Shown here: piece after piece, positions 9,987 through 18,564 of the stretch
Layout of the letters: every line of letters starts with the position of its first letter
Position numbering within the stretch: the stretch's first letter is position 1
Source of the DNA: an uncultured SAR116 cluster alpha proteobacterium
Lineage (GTDB): Bacteria > Pseudomonadota > Alphaproteobacteria > Puniceispirillales > Marisalimonadaceae
Length of the DNA stretch: 64,000 bases
Direction: 5' to 3'
NCBI GenBank assembly: GCA_902583415.1
Contig: CACHVW010000001.1
Coordinates: 1,118-65,117, forward strand
Position numbers and translations under genes: made by a program
The notes under the pieces: model-generated
The model's database searches: none
Told to the model about the DNA's origin: nothing
What the model saw: the letters and a program-made list of their open reading frames with translations, nothing else

Positions 9987-11324
9987 ATGAATACTAATAC
10001 AAATAATCCTGTATATTCTGTAAGCGAATTTTCACATGTGATTAAAAAATTAGTTGAAACAAATTTTAGTTATGTTCGTATTAGGGGCGAAATTTCGCGC
10101 CCTTCATTTCCAGGTTCAGGACATGTTTATTTCACTCTAAAAGATTCAGACGGTACAATTGCTGCAATAATTTGGAAATATACTTTACCAAGGTTATCAA
10201 TAAAACCAGAAGAGGGTATGGAAGTAATTTGCACTGGGAAAGTAACTACTTTTGCAGGGCAATCAAAATATCAAATTATTGTAGAAAGTATGGAAGTGGC
10301 AGGAGAAGGTGCTCTTCTAAAAATGCTTGAGGATAGAAGAAAAAAACTTCTTCATGAAGGATTGTTTAATCAAGAGTTTAAAAAGTCAATACCTTACCTT
10401 CCTAAAATTATAGGTGTTATTACTAGTCCATCAGGTGCTGTTATTAGAGATATACTTCACAGATTATCTGATCGTTTTCCTTCTCATGTTTATTTGTGGC
10501 CAGTAGCTGTCCAAGGTGAAGGGTCTGCAAAACAGATTTCAAATGCAATTGACAAATTTAATCAATTTACAGATGAAACAACTATTAAAAAGCCTGACTT
10601 GCTTATAGTTGCAAGAGGTGGTGGTAGCTTAGAAGATTTATGGTCATTTAATGAGGAGATTGTAGTAAGGTCAGTATTTAAAAGTTCTATACCTGTAATA
10701 TCAGCTGTTGGTCATGAGACTGATACAACATTGATCGACTTTGTATCTGACTTAAGATCTCCGACACCATCTGCAGCTGCAGAAAAGGCAGTTCCTGTAA
10801 GGAACGAATTAATAGCAAGAATTGACGAATTAAATTTTAGATTCAAAACATCTTTTAATAATAAGTTGAATAACAATAAAGATCGTCTTAATAGCCTAAT
10901 TAAATTGTTAGGTAAGCCAGATCAGATTTTTGATAATAAAACTCAAAAGTTAGATTTCATTTACAGAGATTTTGAAAATTTATTTAAAGACATTTTTGTA
11001 GAGAAAAAAAATAAAATCACTCAACATGCACAAAGGTTAATGCCCCCAAAAGTTTGGATAAGTAATTTAGTTTCAAAACAACAACTACTAGAGACAAAAT
11101 TTCAAAATTGTCTTCAAAATATAATAAATAGAAAAGAAGTAAAATTAAATTCATTAGATAAGTTACTTGAGGCTTCAAGCTTCAATAGAGTTCTAGATAG
11201 AGGATTTTCTCTTGTTATGAACAATAAAGGTAAACCAATCAAACTTAGCAGTGAGGCTCCAAAAAACGCTAATGTAAAAATTAAGTTTTCAGATGAAATT
11301 AGAACAGCGCAATTAGATAAATAA
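9987..11324 (+). CDS. xseA: Exodeoxyribonuclease VII large subunit
   Basis: SGHVYFTLKD OB fold, ITSPSGAVIRD, ARGGGSLEDLWSFN, SAVGHETD. Confidence 0.97.
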   Translation: MNTNTNNPVYSVSEFSHVIKKLVETNFSYVRIRGEISRPSFPGSGHVYFTLKDSDGTIAAIIWKYTLPRLSIKPEEGMEVICTGKVTTFAGQSKYQIIVESMEVAGEGALLKMLEDRRKKLLHEGLFNQEFKKSIPYLPKIIGVITSPSGAVIRDILHRLSDRFPSHVYLWPVAVQGEGSAKQISNAIDKFNQFTDETTIKKPDLLIVARGGGSLEDLWSFNEEIVVRSVFKSSIPVISAVGHETDTTLIDFVSDLRSPTPSAAAEKAVPVRNELIARIDELNFRFKTSFNNKLNNNKDRLNSLIKLLGKPDQIFDNKTQKLDFIYRDFENLFKDIFVEKKNKITQHAQRLMPPKVWISNLVSKQQLLETKFQNCLQNIINRKEVKLNSLDKLLEASSFNRVLDRGFSLVMNNKGKPIKLSSEAPKNANVKIKFSDEIRTAQLDK

Positions 11325-11545
11325 GTTTTGTATTTACTTATACTAGATGCAGTCGTAACGAACCATTTAATTTGATACAGTCAACCTAAATTTCTTATAA
11401 GAAACATATTTTTAATGTTTGCTTGCAGGACGGACCAAATGATAAATTATTATAAACCTTTAATGTAATCAAAACCATATTTAAATGAATGTAAATTTAA
11501 AATTTAAAATATTTAATATAAAAATTAAATGTGGTAGATTTTATC

Positions 11546-11677
11546 ATGAGAAAAGAACTAAGGCTATTTCTATTTGTGGCAATTTTTTTTATTTTGTTAA
11601 AAGGTTATATTTTTTTTTATATATCTCCTTCAATATTAACTAACCCTAATATGGGATACAATTTTATAGTTAAATGA
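11546..11677 (+). CDS. Putative 43-aa single-pass membrane microprotein (MRKELRLFLFVAIFFILLKGYIFFYISPSILTNPNMGYNFIVK)
   Basis: Translated by hand. Basic N-terminus followed by a hydrophobic stretch; its TGA stop is 1 nt before the next ATG (TGA-G-ATG). Confidence 0.4.
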   Translation: MRKELRLFLFVAIFFILLKGYIFFYISPSILTNPNMGYNFIVK

Positions 11678-11678
11678 G

Positions 11679-11879
11679 ATGACAAATAAAATTACAAATA
11701 ATTTTGACCAATGGTGGAATGATGGAGAAAATAAATTTAAAAAATTAATTTATCTTTTTACAAGTTGGTGGGATGATGGAAATAATAAATTATTTAAAGC
11801 AATCTTCATATCTTTAGCTTTTCATGTAATTTTTGCAATTTTTTGGTTTTTTTTTATGGGATTAAACTATATATTTTAG
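11679..11879 (+). CDS. 66-aa membrane microprotein with duplicated WWxDGxNK motif and SxxxH helix
   Basis: ORF track; in-frame internal repeat; C-terminal TM segment ISLAFHVIFAIFW. Confidence 0.6.
   Translation: MTNKITNNFDQWWNDGENKFKKLIYLFTSWWDDGNNKLFKAIFISLAFHVIFAIFWFFFMGLNYIF
11712..11791 (+). repeat. Direct repeat, 2 x 26 nt with 54-nt period, in frame within the 66-aa ORF
   Basis: tggtggaatgatggagaaaataaatt (11712-11737) vs tggtgggatgatggaaataataaatt (11766-11791), 23/26 identical. Confidence 0.85.
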
Positions 11880-11897
11880 TTAATAATAGGAAAAGTA

Positions 11898-12011
11898 TTG
11901 AAAAAAGACGGTAAACCACATTCTTATATCTTTAAATGGTATCTTTGTGCATATGTAATAATAGTAATTACGGTAATTTACTTAGAATATGACAACTGGT
12001 TTGGTGTATAA
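11898..12011 (+). CDS. Putative 37-aa membrane microprotein (MKKDGKPHSYIFKWYLCAYVIIVITVIYLEYDNWFGV)
   Basis: Translated by hand. TTG start preceded by AGGA; one TM segment; same frame as the 66-aa ORF, separated from it by a single TAG. Confidence 0.45.
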   Translation: MKKDGKPHSYIFKWYLCAYVIIVITVIYLEYDNWFGV

Positions 12012-12118
12012 TTCATAATTTTATATTTAGATAACACTCCCTGTTTAGCACATTAAATGTAAATATCTAGTTATGCTCCCGTGCAGAGTTTTGCACTACA
12101 AGTGAACATAATATCACT

Positions 12119-13006
12119 CTATTTGCCCCATCGTCTGTGGGCCCAAAGCCATTGTTCTGGTCTATCTATAATCCATTCTTCAATCCTTTTAGAAATTAAT
12201 CTAGTAATTTCATATGTAGCTTTATCTTTATCTAAATGTTTTGGAAATTTAAGTTTATCCTCAACACTTAATTTAAACTTTATACCCTTAAAACGTTCTA
12301 CTCTGACCATATAAATTGGAACATTCCATTTTAAAGCCATAACTGCAGCAGCCTGAGGTGTAGGTGTTTCAATTCCAAAAAAAGGAACCATAATACCTTC
12401 TCTTAAAAGTTGATCTCCTGTTAGTCCAACAACTTCACCATTTTTAAGTTTACTTGCCATGCCTATAGCCGCAAGGCGACCTTTTCTGTAAAAGTCAGCA
12501 TGAGCGTCTTTATTCCTGTAAATCTGTATTTTATTTAATATCCAATTATTTATAGGTCTAAAAACATAGCCAGCACGTCTTCCGGCGAGATCTCCAACTC
12601 TTAAAAGAAATTCCCAATTACCCATATGTGCTCCCACAAGAATGGCAGGACCTTTTTTAATTCTTTCTAAACCTTCAGTTTCTAAATTACCTGATCTAAT
12701 CAAATTATTGATATGTGGCATTTCACCAATTGTTTGTCCGAGCATAAACCAATGTTGTAATGTAAGTTTATTTATCTCTTTTTTAGACTTATTAGGGAAA
12801 ACAATTTTTATATGTTTTTTTACGCGTTTGTTATAAGAAGTAAGTGGCGCAATTAAATACATTAATGCTCCACACAAGTAAGATGAAAATTTATATGGTA
12901 AAAGTTTAAGTATTAAAAATAATGGAATAGCCATAATCGCCGCTATTGGATCATGTACGTACCTATCAAATTGCTTTTTAATTCTAAAACTTAAGGGGTC
13001 AGGCAT
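12119..13006 (-). CDS. lpxL: Lipid A late acyltransferase (LpxL/HtrB family)
   Basis: HMGNWE catalytic motif, DQ..G..VPFFG, PEQWLWAHRRW; in operon with lpxK and waaA. Confidence 0.88.
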   Translation of the reverse strand: MPDPLSFRIKKQFDRYVHDPIAAIMAIPLFLILKLLPYKFSSYLCGALMYLIAPLTSYNKRVKKHIKIVFPNKSKKEINKLTLQHWFMLGQTIGEMPHINNLIRSGNLETEGLERIKKGPAILVGAHMGNWEFLLRVGDLAGRRAGYVFRPINNWILNKIQIYRNKDAHADFYRKGRLAAIGMASKLKNGEVVGLTGDQLLREGIMVPFFGIETPTPQAAAVMALKWNVPIYMVRVERFKGIKFKLSVEDKLKFPKHLDKDKATYEITRLISKRIEEWIIDRPEQWLWAHRRWGK

Positions 13007-13991
13007 TTAGTTTATCCTGCAGAAATAACTCAAAATTTAATTTATCTTTTACAGATAATTCCAATTCAATTGGTAAAAAATGTATTTGGTCTGTATTTTC
13101 TGAAATTTTAATATAATCCTTTTCAGTAGTAATGAGCTTTAGGTTTAGGTCATTAGAATCAAAAATTAAATTATTAATATCATTTTTTTTGTAAGCATAG
13201 TGATCAGGAAATTTTCTTGTGGATGAAATCTCATATCCATTCTTTTTAAGTGTGTCAAAAAACTTATTAGGATTAGCTAGACCACAAAAAGCTAATAATT
13301 TTTCTTTTTTTATTTTTGGTAGATGAGTTATCTTAATATTAGATTTAATCACTGGAATGTTAAAGGACTTAAATAAATCTTTTTCGTTCTTATCACTCTC
13401 TCCTGTTAGTATTATTTTATCAATATCGTTAAGACCACGTTTAATAGGCTGCCTTAATGGTCCCGCAGGCAGACAATAACCATTGCCTAGCTTTAGTTTT
13501 TTATCAACTAATAAAAATTTTATATCTTGTCTTAATTGATAATTTTGTAACCCATCATCCATTATTATAATGTTAAATTTATCCTTATGTTTTTCAATAA
13601 ATTTAGCTCCCAAGGATCTGTTTCTAGAAACAATTGTGGTACCAACCTTGCTTAATAATATGGCTTCATCCCCAACATCTTGAAAATGGTGTGAATTATT
13701 AACTTCTATTGGTCCTTTTTTTAAACCACCATAACCTCTGGTTAAAAAAACTGGACTATAACCCAATTTTTTTAAAATTTTAAAAGTATAAATAGAAAAA
13801 GGTGTTTTGCCTGTTCCTCCAACGGTCAGATTGCCTACGCAAACTACCTTTAATTTAGATTTATAAGTTTTTGAAAAGTAACTTTTAAACGTATCAATTA
13901 AAATCCACAAAATAGAAAATGGATAAAAAAGTATAATTTGTACTTTTGATATAATATTTTTTTTATACCAAAATTCGGGTGTGCTAAACAT
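12999..13991 (-). CDS. lpxK: Tetraacyldisaccharide 4'-kinase
   Basis: VGNLTVGGTGKTP, RGYGG, GDEA, MDDGLQ, PAGPLR, TTEKD; likely start MFSTPEFWY. Confidence 0.96.
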   Translation of the reverse strand: MFSTPEFWYKKNIISKVQIILFYPFSILWILIDTFKSYFSKTYKSKLKVVCVGNLTVGGTGKTPFSIYTFKILKKLGYSPVFLTRGYGGLKKGPIEVNNSHHFQDVGDEAILLSKVGTTIVSRNRSLGAKFIEKHKDKFNIIIMDDGLQNYQLRQDIKFLLVDKKLKLGNGYCLPAGPLRQPIKRGLNDIDKIILTGESDKNEKDLFKSFNIPVIKSNIKITHLPKIKKEKLLAFCGLANPNKFFDTLKKNGYEISSTRKFPDHYAYKKNDINNLIFDSNDLNLKLITTEKDYIKISENTDQIHFLPIELELSVKDKLNFELFLQDKLNA

Positions 13992-13992
13992 T

Positions 13993-15324
13993 TTAAGCAG
14001 CATTTATGTTTCTGTATGTTTTTAATAGTTCAATTAGATTTACACTTGCTTCATCTGCACGTTGTTGAGCATAACCAGAGGCAATCAGACTATTTCTTCC
14101 CATATCTTCTAGGCGTTCTGAGTTACTAAGTAACTCAACAATATTATTTAGAAAATTCTCATTCATTTTGGGTCCTTTTTCTATTTGTATTGCACCTCCA
14201 GACCAAACTAAGTCTTTAATCTGGGCATCACATTTTTCTGAATGCGGACCCATTATAACTGGCTTTCCGAACTGAGATGCTTCTGATGGACTATGGCCTC
14301 CAACAGGCACCATAGATCCAGCTACAAACACTAAATCTGATATTTCCATTAGTGAGCCCATTTCCCCCATTGTGTCTGAAAGATAAAATATATCATTTTT
14401 TGATGGATAATCACCTTTGCTTCTTGATTTTATATCGAAGCCAGCAGCTTTTATTCTATTTTGAATTCCCAAGCTTCGATTAATATGCCTGGGTGCGATT
14501 ATAATCAAAATATTATCATGAGATTTTTTTCTGAGAAGGTCAGCTAATTTAATCATTAACTCCTCTTCTCCTGGATGAGTTGAGGCGGCGATTAATATTC
14601 TTTTTCTATGTATACTCTTTTTTAGTTTTACTACATAATTTTGATCTATACGTGGTTTTTCAGCTATTGATTTAAGACTTGTTAAACTTTTAACATTTTT
14701 AGCACCTAATTTCTTAAATAAAGCCTCTTGTTTAGGATCAACGGCTAAAACATTATCAACTTTACTAAAAATTTTTTTTCCCAAAAAGTAACCTAATCCT
14801 GTCCAAAAACGAGCAGACTTATCTGACATTTGTGAAGATGCTAGAATAGTTGGAATATTAGAATTTGCTGTCAAATATATTAAATTTGGCCAGAAGTCCG
14901 ATTCCATAAAAACAGCCATATTAGGTTTCCATTTATCTAAAAATTTTGAAACAAATTCAGGATGATCATATGGATGATATTGATGAATTGCAGGTAAACC
15001 TTTTTTTATTTTATCTTTTATTAATTTGGCAGCAGAAGTAGTGTTAGTTGTTAACAAAAAAAACTCTTGTTTATTTTTACCATAGCCATTTTTTTTCATT
15101 GAATTAGCTAGTGCTAAAGCTGCAACAGATTCACCAACACTTGTTCCATGTAACCAAACAATAGTGCCATCGGGTCGTAATTTTTTTGAAATTCCATATC
15201 TTTCATTAAGTCTGTATTTATCTTCTTTTCCTTGTTTTTGTCGTCTTAATAAATAACTTGGCAAAAACAATTTTAATATTCTCCATAAAAAATTATATGT
15301 AGATAGTGTCATTGTAAGTCCCAA
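13993..15324 (-). CDS. waaA: Kdo transferase
   Basis: WLHGTSVGE, ESDFWPN, ASTHPGEE, PRH, DTMGEM, GGHSPSEA; start may be ATG 15312. Confidence 0.95.
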   Translation of the reverse strand: MGLTMTLSTYNFLWRILKLFLPSYLLRRQKQGKEDKYRLNERYGISKKLRPDGTIVWLHGTSVGESVAALALANSMKKNGYGKNKQEFFLLTTNTTSAAKLIKDKIKKGLPAIHQYHPYDHPEFVSKFLDKWKPNMAVFMESDFWPNLIYLTANSNIPTILASSQMSDKSARFWTGLGYFLGKKIFSKVDNVLAVDPKQEALFKKLGAKNVKSLTSLKSIAEKPRIDQNYVVKLKKSIHRKRILIAASTHPGEEELMIKLADLLRKKSHDNILIIIAPRHINRSLGIQNRIKAAGFDIKSRSKGDYPSKNDIFYLSDTMGEMGSLMEISDLVFVAGSMVPVGGHSPSEASQFGKPVIMGPHSEKCDAQIKDLVWSGGAIQIEKGPKMNENFLNNIVELLSNSERLEDMGRNSLIASGYAQQRADEASVNLIELLKTYRNINAA

Positions 15325-15339
15325 AATTTGTTATAAAGC

Positions 15340-16011
15340 TCAATTTATCCTACTTTCTAATATTTTAGTAAGTCTTTTGATTTCATTTTCAAGATTTTGT
15401 CTTTCAAGTTCAAATTTATTTACATCTATTTTTTTTTCTATATGTATAGGTTTCCCAAAACTATATATTCCTTTTGAAAATGGATATGGTAAGACAAAAT
15501 TATCCCAAGAATTAATTATTTTATATTTTCTAGTAGCCCACACTAAAGGTATAATAGGAGTATTTGTCATCTGTGCTAGTTTTATAATACCTTCCTTTAC
15601 TTTTTCTTTAGGTCCTTTAGGTCCATCTGGTGTAATTGCTATACTTTCACCTAATTGTAAACATTTTATCATTTTCCTGAAAGCCTGCATTCCGCCTTTT
15701 TTTGAGGAGCCTAGTATTACATTCATTCCAAGATATTGAAATGCTAGAGAGGTAATCATTCCATCAGAATGACTGGACTGAAGAGCATTAATTACTCTAT
15801 TTCTTGGCAAAAGATGAGGGCCTAAAAATAACTTATTATGCCAACAACAAAAAATATATTTATGTTTATTATCAAAAATTTTTGATTTTTTGCTTTGCTC
15901 AAAATATTCCCATCTAATTGAATGTGAAATTAATTTTGTGATAAAATAAAAGGTTAAACCAATTAGTTTTTGACCGGTACTAGTTTTGCTAAAACGTTTT
16001 AAAATACGCAT
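15340..16011 (-). CDS. lpxJ: DUF374 family lipid A acyltransferase (LpxJ-like)
   Basis: CWH, SxSDG, GSS..GG, ITPDGPKGP, SWDxF.LPYPF motifs of DUF374, the family that contains LpxJ; first gene of the lipid A operon. Confidence 0.75.
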   Translation of the reverse strand: MRILKRFSKTSTGQKLIGLTFYFITKLISHSIRWEYFEQSKKSKIFDNKHKYIFCCWHNKLFLGPHLLPRNRVINALQSSHSDGMITSLAFQYLGMNVILGSSKKGGMQAFRKMIKCLQLGESIAITPDGPKGPKEKVKEGIIKLAQMTNTPIIPLVWATRKYKIINSWDNFVLPYPFSKGIYSFGKPIHIEKKIDVNKFELERQNLENEIKRLTKILESRIN

Positions 16012-16139
16012 TTAAAAATCCAAATTACTGCACATATTTAAAATTGAGTATTAAATTAAATTTATAAAAAACAAAATAACTATCTATACATATAATTATT
16101 ATTATAGACTAAAATAAATGAAATATTAATTTAATTGAT

Positions 16140-17894
16140 ATGAACACAAACCAAATGATAACAAACAAAAATAAAAGTTTAATTAGAGAGTTTTGGAATG
16201 ATTTTATATCCAATTATAAAATTGATATAATTTTAGCTTTTATATTATTGATTATTGTTGCTGCTACTGCTTCAATCTATCCTTACTTAATACAATTAGT
16301 TTTTGATGGTTTATTAGATGATAATAGTAACTGGATTATTTTCCCTTTTATAATTGCTTTTGTTGCAATTATTAGGGGTATTGCAATGTTTTTCCAAATA
16401 CGTCAAGTTTCTAAAATCTCATTATCAATCTCGGTAGATATACAAAAAAAACTATCTAAGCAATTGATAACCGCCGACCTGGACGAATTAAATAAATTAT
16501 CTTCGGGCAATCATGTATCTAGAATAATGAATGATGTTATTTTAATTAGAGATGGTTTTGAGAGGACTATAAATAATTTAGTTAGGGATACTTTTACAGT
16601 TATAGCATTAATGTTTTATCTAATTTGGTTAGATTGGCTTTTATCAATATTAGTTATAGTAATTTACCCACTAGCATTGAGACCTATTATTAGGATTGGA
16701 AAAAAACAAAAGATCATAGCAACATCTCTTCAAGAACAAATGGAAATAGTCACATCTACGCTTACTGAGATGCTTCAAGGCATAAGAATGGTAAAATCGT
16801 ATAATTTAGAGAATATGGAAATTGATAGATCCAAAGGTGTGTTAAACTCGTTATTTAAAAAAATGTTCAGTTTAGTAGTTGGTAGAGCAAAAGTTTTGCC
16901 TATATTGGAAATTTTAGGAGGAGTTGCAGCAGCTAGTGTAATTGGTTTTGCAAGCTACCGGGTATCAATAGGTGAATTATCACCCGGAAGTGTTGTGGGT
17001 TATGTGACGGCATTATTAATGATTGCACAACCTGCTAGAGCATTGGGAACATTCAATACTGTTTTTCAAGAAGCCCTTTCTGCTTTAGGAAGAATTTATA
17101 CACAACTAAAAATCACTCCAAAAATTATTAGTTTATCTTCTGCGCCTTATTTAAAAATAGAAAAAAATAAACCACCAAAAATAACTTTTAAAGAAGTTAG
17201 TTTTGCGTATAAAAAAAAGAACAAGGTGTTAGATAATATAAACTTTGTCGTTAATTCAGGATCAAAAGTTGCACTGGTAGGGCAAAGTGGATCTGGAAAA
17301 TCAACAATAATTAATTTAATTTCAAGATTTTATGACCCAATACACGGGCAAATTTTAATTAATGAAGAAAACATAAAGGATATTAGTTTAAATTCACTTC
17401 GAAATAATATTTCATTGGTAAGCCAGGAAACTATAATTTATAACAAAAGTTTTATGGATAATATTAGATTTGGTAACTTAGATGCACCAGACCATAAAAT
17501 CAAAAAAGCAGCAATGAACGCAGATATACACGAATTTATAACTAATTCTTTAGATGGTTATAACACAGTTGTTGGAGAAGGCGGTAATACATTATCTGGA
17601 GGGCAAAAACAGCGTTTATCAATTGCTAGAGCTATTCTAAAAGACGCTCCGATTTTACTTCTAGACGAGGCAACAAGCTCACTTGACTCTGAAACTGAGA
17701 GCGAAATTAATAAAACTCTTGAAACACTAAGAAAGAACAAGACAACAATTACTATTGCCCATAAACTTTCCACTATAGTGAATTCAGATCAAATAATTTT
17801 ATTTAACAAGGGTAAAATTGTAGGAAAAGGAAGCCATAAGGAATTAATTAAAAGTTCTAACTATTATAAAAAACTTTATAATTTAGGCACTTAA
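16140..17894 (+). CDS. msbA: Lipid A ABC exporter
   Basis: Fused TMD and NBD; GQSGSGKS, LSGGQKQR, LDEATS; divergent from the lipid A operon. Confidence 0.85.
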   Translation: MNTNQMITNKNKSLIREFWNDFISNYKIDIILAFILLIIVAATASIYPYLIQLVFDGLLDDNSNWIIFPFIIAFVAIIRGIAMFFQIRQVSKISLSISVDIQKKLSKQLITADLDELNKLSSGNHVSRIMNDVILIRDGFERTINNLVRDTFTVIALMFYLIWLDWLLSILVIVIYPLALRPIIRIGKKQKIIATSLQEQMEIVTSTLTEMLQGIRMVKSYNLENMEIDRSKGVLNSLFKKMFSLVVGRAKVLPILEILGGVAAASVIGFASYRVSIGELSPGSVVGYVTALLMIAQPARALGTFNTVFQEALSALGRIYTQLKITPKIISLSSAPYLKIEKNKPPKITFKEVSFAYKKKNKVLDNINFVVNSGSKVALVGQSGSGKSTIINLISRFYDPIHGQILINEENIKDISLNSLRNNISLVSQETIIYNKSFMDNIRFGNLDAPDHKIKKAAMNADIHEFITNSLDGYNTVVGEGGNTLSGGQKQRLSIARAILKDAPILLLDEATSSLDSETESEINKTLETLRKNKTTITIAHKLSTIVNSDQIILFNKGKIVGKGSHKELIKSSNYYKKLYNLGT

Positions 17895-17901
17895 GAAAAA
17901 A

Positions 17902-18564
17902 TTATTCTCTCTTCAAAAAATCATCTAATAATCTATTAACCCACCAAACAGATCGAAAATTACTCTCTAATTTTTCTGGATTATACTTTTCTTTGACCCA
18001 GTCTATAAACTTCATTTTATTTTGTTTATATTGTTTTGCATATTCTTCAACAAAACTATCTAATACACCTGGTTTAGCCCATTTTACGTGAAGATATTTC
18101 CAAGATAGTTGGTTTTTAGCAATATGAGGGTGTTCTTTTTTGTAAATTAGCATGTATAAAGTGCACATTATGCCAGCTCTGTCAGCACCTGATTTGCAAT
18201 GTATTAAAGCTGGATATTCAATAGATTTGAATAATTTTTCAGCTTTAAATATCATATCTTTTTCTGGAGCAGCGCGAGATCTTGCTCTAAAATCTATTAA
18301 TTTTATATTGTATTTTTCGCAAGCCTCGTTTTCTAACAACCAGCCACCATCTTTTCTAACACCTCTGAGATTTATAATGGTTTTTATTCCAAGTTTACTA
18401 TATTGCTTTATTCTTAGAGGTGTAGGCATATTTGACCTATACAATTTTTCATCAACTTGATGAAAATTGTGATAACAAAATCTCAGAAACCCATGATCTT
18501 TCACAATCATTTCGAACCAAGCTAAAATTCTGTTAAATTTTATTTTATCTGATTTGTTTATCAA
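17902..18564 (-). CDS. Cys-dependent PTP/dual-specificity phosphatase-fold protein
   Basis: NFH..LYRS, IKTIINLRG, and P-loop HCKSGADR (CX5R); TTG start abuts the pmbA stop. Confidence 0.85.
   Translation of the reverse strand: MINKSDKIKFNRILAWFEMIVKDHGFLRFCYHNFHQVDEKLYRSNMPTPLRIKQYSKLGIKTIINLRGVRKDGGWLLENEACEKYNIKLIDFRARSRAAPEKDMIFKAEKLFKSIEYPALIHCKSGADRAGIMCTLYMLIYKKEHPHIAKNQLSWKYLHVKWAKPGVLDSFVEEYAKQYKQNKMKFIDWVKEKYNPEKLESNFRSVWWVNRLLDDFLKRE

Noticed and set aside
11712-11791. CRISPR-like repeat-spacer-repeat (26 nt, 28 nt, 26 nt)
   Set aside because: Only two imperfect, non-palindromic copies, with a period that is a multiple of 3 inside an ORF, and no cas genes. It is a coding duplication.
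12060-12118. tRNA fragment or attachment site
   Set aside because: No TTCRA T-loop, no acceptor stem or CCA, and no integrase nearby.
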